Below are positions 60,311 through 64,000 of a stretch of 64,000 nucleotides of DNA, in pieces. Under the pieces are notes generated by a model. The model had not been told where the DNA came from, made no database searches, and was given only the letters and a program-made list of their open reading frames with translations. The translations under genes were made by a program, and so were the position numbers. This DNA is from Cenarchaeum sp. (GTDB lineage: Archaea > Thermoproteota > Nitrososphaeria > Nitrososphaerales > Nitrosopumilaceae), in assembly GCA_963692915.1 (NCBI GenBank), contig OY843584.1, forward strand, positions 736,001 to 800,000, in the 5' to 3' direction. Numbering within the stretch: the stretch's first letter is position 1; each line of letters starts with the position of its first letter.

Positions 60311-62056
60311 TCATCTTAATCTCCCAAGATCGCGTGCCTGCTCGGCGACATAGTCCATGCCCTCCTGCCAGAACGACACGCTGCCGATGTCAAAGCCGTG
60401 GCGCGCCATGAGATCCTCGGGCTTTTCAGAGCCGCCGGCTGCCAGTATGCCAAGGTACGTCGGGGCAAATCCCGCGCCCTCAGAGGCGTATCTCGAAAAG
60501 AGTGAGAGTGCCATGAGGCACCCAAACGAGTACGCATAACAGTAGAACGGCGAGTGGTAAAAGTGCGGGATTGCGACCCACTCATCTGCAAAGTCGCCCG
60601 AGACGTCGACTGTCCGGCCAAACTGCGCGCGCAGCCCGCGCATGTACTCAGCTGATATCTCGCCGGCCGTCGCGCCAGACTCAACCATGGCGTGCGCGCG
60701 CTGCTCAAAGAGAGTAAAGAACGACTGGCGCATTATCGTCGCATAGAGCGAGTCTAGCCTAGATGCGATCATTGCGCGCCGGCGCGCCGGCGGTGCGGTG
60801 CGCATGAGCGCATCATGCAACAGCGTCTCTGAAAATGTCGAGGCCGTCTCGGCTAGTGGGAGCGGCGCTGCCTGTGTGAGTATCGACTGGGACGAGGCCG
60901 CAACGCTGTGGACCGCATGGCCGAGCTCGTGCGCAAGCGTAAACGTGTCCTCGACTGTGCCAGTAAAGCTGAGCAGGACGTAGGGGAGTATCCCCGGTGA
61001 GACCGTGCTGCAAAACGCGCCGTCGCGCTTGCCCTTGCGAACCGACGAGTCGACGTGGCACGAGTCTATGACCCGTCCGGCCATTGCGGCCATTTCGGGA
61101 CTAAAGTCTGACATTGCGCCAAGGACACCCTTTACCGCGCTTGCGTACGAGTTGCGCGCCCTGCCGCCAGGCACTGGGGCGTACAGGTCATACCTGCGCA
61201 TCTTGTCCAGGCCGATCATGCGCGCCTTTGCAGCAAAGAACCTCCTGAACACAGGTGCATTTTTCTCGCACGTGCGCAGGAGCGCCGAGACTGTCCGGTC
61301 ATCAACATTGTTTGCCATGTTCCTTGGAGATATTGCCGACTTGTGCGATCGTAGGCCAACCTCGACGCTGCCCCACTCTGAGGCAACACTAGAGTAGATG
61401 TCGCCAAGCGTTCCCCTGCTAGACGCAAACTTTGAGAGGAGTGCGCGATATGCGGCTCGTCGGACAGATGCGCGGGGGCTCCGGACGAGCGCGCCGAGCT
61501 CCTCGCGTCCCATCGTCTTGCCGCCCACGCGATACTCAAAGGCTGACGTGAGGCGGTCATACAGGCGGACGAGTGCCGAGGAGCCAGTCACGTCCATGAT
61601 GTTGATTATGCGCTCCTGAGCCTCAGGTAGCGTGTGGCGAGCCATGAGCCTCATGTACGCAAAGTGGCCAGCTAGCGGGCCGAGGTGCGCGAGGAGGCGC
61701 CGCGCGTTGCGCGCGTCAAGATCCACCTTCCACCACTGCTCAAAGAAGAGCATGTCGTTTGCCACCTGCGCCGAGAGGCGGCTCATCGCCGCGACGCGCG
61801 CGCCGGCTCTCTCGGACTGTGTGTCAGCCGCATACGAGAGCGAGGCATGGGAGTAGACACGGCTCATCGCATCGTGAATCTCCTCAACGAGTGAGATCAT
61901 GCGCAGCATCTGCGACGGCGATATTGACGGCCGCAAAAGACCCCTAGAGCGCGCTAGGCGCGCGGTAAGCCGGCGCACCTTGCGCACCTCGGCGTCTGTC
62001 TCGCGCCCACCTGGCAGCTCGGAGAGCGTCCACTCGCCTGTTCGCGATCCGGCCAT
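60311..62056 (-). CDS. pepF: M3 family oligoendopeptidase F
   Basis: GKRDGAFC, HELGH, AETAS, PHFYHSPFYCYAY. Confidence 0.93.
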   Translation of the reverse strand: MAGSRTGEWTLSELPGGRETDAEVRKVRRLTARLARSRGLLRPSISPSQMLRMISLVEEIHDAMSRVYSHASLSYAADTQSERAGARVAAMSRLSAQVANDMLFFEQWWKVDLDARNARRLLAHLGPLAGHFAYMRLMARHTLPEAQERIINIMDVTGSSALVRLYDRLTSAFEYRVGGKTMGREELGALVRSPRASVRRAAYRALLSKFASSRGTLGDIYSSVASEWGSVEVGLRSHKSAISPRNMANNVDDRTVSALLRTCEKNAPVFRRFFAAKARMIGLDKMRRYDLYAPVPGGRARNSYASAVKGVLGAMSDFSPEMAAMAGRVIDSCHVDSSVRKGKRDGAFCSTVSPGILPYVLLSFTGTVEDTFTLAHELGHAVHSVAASSQSILTQAAPLPLAETASTFSETLLHDALMRTAPPARRRAMIASRLDSLYATIMRQSFFTLFEQRAHAMVESGATAGEISAEYMRGLRAQFGRTVDVSGDFADEWVAIPHFYHSPFYCYAYSFGCLMALSLFSRYASEGAGFAPTYLGILAAGGSEKPEDLMARHGFDIGSVSFWQEGMDYVAEQARDLGRLR

Positions 62057-62095
62057 CTAGGCCTGCCCCCAGTCCACGTGTGCACACATGGCAGG

Positions 62096-62227
62096 TCAGG
62101 GAATCTCGTCCTGCAGGTCAGAGCACGCCTTGTGAACCCACTTGTCCTGCGAGTTGCGCAGTATCTCCTTGCCCGTCTTTATCTCTCCGCCGCACTCGGG
62201 GCACGTTCCGGAAAATCTTGCCTTCAT
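62096..62227 (-). CDS. 43-aa Zn-ribbon-like microprotein (not in ORF track)
   Basis: MKARFSGTCPECGGEIKTGKEILRNSQDKWVHKACSDLQDEIP. Confidence 0.7.
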   Translation of the reverse strand: MKARFSGTCPECGGEIKTGKEILRNSQDKWVHKACSDLQDEIP

Positions 62228-62426
62228 CAGGCGGGGTCGCCCACTACGCAGTTATTACCCTTGCCCTAGACACGGAATGACCTGTGATCTTTTTGTGCGT
62301 CGAGGCGAGGTCGGCATCACGGAATACGAGTCCGCACCTAAAGCACTTCCAAGCAAGATCGGCCATGCGTACCCCACGTATGCTGTGGATATAAGCATGC
62401 TGAACATCCGGTCCGGAGGCGCCGAT

Positions 62427-62729
62427 CTACCCATAGTCGACGTACCGGTCATAGCGGCGCTCGACCTCGGCGTTCAGGCCTCCCAGGATTCGCTCGGACT
62501 CTGAGGAGATTCGCCGCTCGACGTACTCGCGCAGGCTCTCCAGGCTCCCGTCACCGGCGATCTGGGCGGCAAATCCCCCAAAGTACGCCGCAGCACGCCG
62601 CCGATACTCGTCGCGCGCAGGCTTGCGCTCGCCGGCGGCCCGAAACGAGGCCGTCGCGCACGACGCGCCGACGATATGCGGCAGCTCGTCTAGTGCGCGA
62701 CTGATCTCGTACTGTGAGTCAGGCCTCAC
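62427..62729 (-). CDS. Hypothetical protein
   Basis: GTGA-coupled to hemB; ends VERRYDRYVDYG. Confidence 0.6.
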   Translation of the reverse strand: MRPDSQYEISRALDELPHIVGASCATASFRAAGERKPARDEYRRRAAAYFGGFAAQIAGDGSLESLREYVERRISSESERILGGLNAEVERRYDRYVDYG

Positions 62730-63721
62730 GGCCCATCACGCAGGGCCGCTGCGGCCTCTTTTGCAAAGTATGTCACGATGACGCCGGCGCCGGCCCTCTT
62801 TATCGCATGGAGTATCTCCAGGGCCACTGCTGTCCCGTCGACCATGTCGCGCGACTCGGCTGCCTTTACGAGCGCATATTCGCCAGACACGCTGTATGCG
62901 GCTACCGGCACGTCAAAGCGCCGGCGCGTCTCGGAGATTATGTCAAGGTACGCCAGGGCCGGCTTTATCATCACAATGTCAACTCCCTCCTCAATGTCGG
63001 CAGCTATCTCTTGCATCGATGCGCGTGCGCTGGTGTACGGAACCTGGTACGACCTGCGGTCGCCAAACTGTGGAGCGCACGAGGCCGCGTCGCGAAAAGG
63101 CGCATAGAACGACGAGGCGTGCTTTGCCGAGTGCGACATTATCGCAACGTCGCCAAATCCTGCACCATCAAGTGCGGCCCTGATTGCTGACACCTGCCCG
63201 TCCATCATCGCCGACGGTGAGACGACATCGGCGCCGGCGCGAGCCTGGCTCACGGCGATCTTTGAGAGCGCCTCGAGGCTTGAGTCGTTGTCTATGGAGT
63301 TGTCATCACCAACTAGCCCACAGTGGCCCGATGGCGTGTACTGGCACAGGCAGACATCAGACATTATGGCAAGCGCATCGCCATGCGAGTCACGCACGGA
63401 TCGTATGGCCTTTTGCACGACGCCATCAGGCGCGTATGCCGAGGATGCGCCATCGTCCTTGGAGGAGGGAACGCCAAATATCATGACTGCGCGTATTCCA
63501 AGGTCGCGTATGGAGCCGGCCTCTGAGGCAACATCATCCGGGCCAATCCTCGAGAGGCCGGGCATCGAGTCGATGCTCGAAGGCGATCCCGACTCGTCGA
63601 CAAAGATGGGGCACACGAGGTCAGAGGCCGCAAGGCGCGTCTCGCGGACGAGCTCGCGAATGCTCCCTGACCTGCGCAGGCGGCGCAGGCGCGTGGCCGG
63701 AAACGGCATGTCAGCGCGCAT
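62726..63721 (-). CDS. hemB: Porphobilinogen synthase
   Basis: RLRRLR, DVCLCQYT..GHCG, SAMMDGQ, MIKPA, YSVSGEY. Confidence 0.97.
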   Translation of the reverse strand: MRADMPFPATRLRRLRRSGSIRELVRETRLAASDLVCPIFVDESGSPSSIDSMPGLSRIGPDDVASEAGSIRDLGIRAVMIFGVPSSKDDGASSAYAPDGVVQKAIRSVRDSHGDALAIMSDVCLCQYTPSGHCGLVGDDNSIDNDSSLEALSKIAVSQARAGADVVSPSAMMDGQVSAIRAALDGAGFGDVAIMSHSAKHASSFYAPFRDAASCAPQFGDRRSYQVPYTSARASMQEIAADIEEGVDIVMIKPALAYLDIISETRRRFDVPVAAYSVSGEYALVKAAESRDMVDGTAVALEILHAIKRAGAGVIVTYFAKEAAAALRDGP

Positions 63722-63741
63722 GGCCGAGATTGAATATAACT

Positions 63742-64000
63742 CTAGTCGGCGCGCCCAAAGAGGCGAGACGCCGCGTCTAGCACGCCATCATCGCCGTTCT
63801 CCGAGGCGCGCCTTATGCGCCCTATGGGGCCTGAGACTATGCCCTCCATGATCGCGCGCGTGAGGTCATCCACGGTGCGCGCCGTCTGCTCGTCAACGCC
63901 GCCCATCATGCCGATGGCCTTTGCGAGCTCGCGTGACCTGACCTCCTCGGCTGACCTAAAGACGTCGGCTATGAGCGGCTCGGCCTCTATGCGCCTCATG
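63742..64000 (-). CDS. hemA: Glutamyl-tRNA reductase, C-terminal part (truncated by window)
   Basis: AEEVRSRELAKA...LTRAI...P..IR...ASRLF dimerisation domain; upstream of hemB. Confidence 0.8.
   Translation of the reverse strand, partial: MRRIEAEPLIADVFRSAEEVRSRELAKAIGMMGGVDEQTARTVDDLTRAIMEGIVSGPIGRIRRASENGDDGVLDAASRLFGRAD

Noticed and set aside
73-63851. Numerous long antisense or alternate-frame ORFs in the ORF track
   Set aside because: Shadow ORFs typical of high-GC coding DNA; they overlap well-supported genes and lack motifs.

Overview
Gene-dense, GC-rich (roughly 60% or more by eye) chromosomal window of an ammonia-oxidiser-type archaeon (Nitrososphaerota/Thaumarchaeota, Nitrosopumilaceae-like). 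The call rests on aRF1, eS25, Rpo6, CdvC/ESCRT-III, TrmB, an intron-containing tRNA and thaumarchaeal-type small proteins. Content is mostly housekeeping: ilvD, cbtBA, sufBD-Rieske-sufS-sufU, hemLC-cobA-hemD, carAB, citrate synthase, uvrBAC, purN, a DEAD-box helicase, pdaD, oligopeptidase F, hemB/hemA, tRNA-Ser(GGA) and tRNA-Thr(TGT). Main discovery: carB is interrupted inside the conserved GEAGE/FDYSG motif by a 20-nt frameshifting insert (31871-31890). It folds as a bulge-helix-bulge-type splicing motif whose predicted cuts restore the frame and motif exactly, so it is a candidate tRNA-endonuclease-spliced intron in a protein-coding mRNA. Also notable: a ~200-nt highly base-paired candidate ncRNA (15606-15809) divergent from a histone-H1-like K/R-rich protein, CTG start codons, an odd carA 5' end, and a lone Mrr-like nuclease with a Zn-finger tail. 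All product calls are from motif recognition; no searches were run.
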